From: a bacterium | GTDB taxonomy: Bacteria; Patescibacteriota; Patescibacteriia; 2-01-FULL-39-33 | Assembly: GCA_037130015.1 (NCBI GenBank) | Contig: JBAXTU010000003.1 | Span: forward strand, 1 to 59,217 | Direction of reading: 5' to 3' | Length of the DNA stretch: 59,217 bases | The notes under the pieces: model-generated | The model's database searches: none | What the model saw: only the letters and a program-made list of their open reading frames with translations | What the model was told of the DNA's origin: nothing | Part shown: positions 59,176 through 59,217 of the stretch, piece by piece | Position numbering within the stretch: the first letter of the stretch is position 1 | How the letters are laid out: the number at the start of each line of letters is the position of its first letter | Translations under genes and position numbers: made by a program

Positions 59176-59217
59176 TGCGCCCAGCTGGACTCGAACCAGC
59201 GACCATCAGCTTAAAAG
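59176..59217 (-). tRNA. second tandem copy of the same tRNA gene (3-prime half only, cut by the window end)
   Basis: Identical to 59009-59050 except G instead of A at 59177, which restores a G1:C72 pair. Confidence 0.6.

Larger units (their letters stand above)
58959..59217. repeat. tandem direct repeat, 169-nt unit (terminator + tRNA + spacer)
   Basis: TTGTAGGGTATAAAAAAACGAGCCTAGGATTAGACTCG... begins at 58959 and again at 59128. The copies differ by one T in the T-run and one A/G substitution. Confidence 0.85.

Overview
This 59.2-kb chromosomal window comes from an AT-rich bacterium. The gene content suggests a Patescibacteria/CPR-type lineage, which is an inference: two DUF4012 envelope proteins, many GT2/GT4 glycosyltransferases, Lys-rich and TSP3-like N-terminal tails on membrane proteins, an archaeal-type ProRS, and almost no Shine-Dalgarno sequences on core genes. 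Most genes are housekeeping. They cover lower glycolysis (pgk, eno, two tandem gpmI), cell shape (two mreB, mreC, mreD, PBP2), replication and repair (holB, gyrB, dnaB, recR, ybaB) and translation or transcription (frr, proS, rplU, tgt, greA). The window also holds rseP, RNase P RNA, tandem tRNA-Lys-like genes and two envelope-glycan loci, each containing a DUF4012 protein. Small accessory islets interrupt this backbone: (a) an orphan 182-aa gene divergent from an MNT/HEPN toxin-antitoxin pair; (b) a vWA orphan, a decayed DinJ/YafQ module and a 713-aa surface protein; (c) a GC-enriched two-gene cassette on the opposite strand inside a glycosyltransferase operon. The items most worth follow-up are that GC-enriched cassette (37.6-38.3 kb), an unassigned ~300-nt element bracketed by inverted repeats (20.4-20.7 kb), and a tRNA-Lys-like gene carrying a palindromic insertion. 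Also notable are a TGT that has lost all four zinc ligands and a 1394-aa transglutaminase-like protein with 29-aa tandem repeats. I saw no CRISPR array, transposase, integrase or recognisable multi-gene defence system. I cannot point with confidence to one clearly novel system; the findings are leads, not demonstrations.
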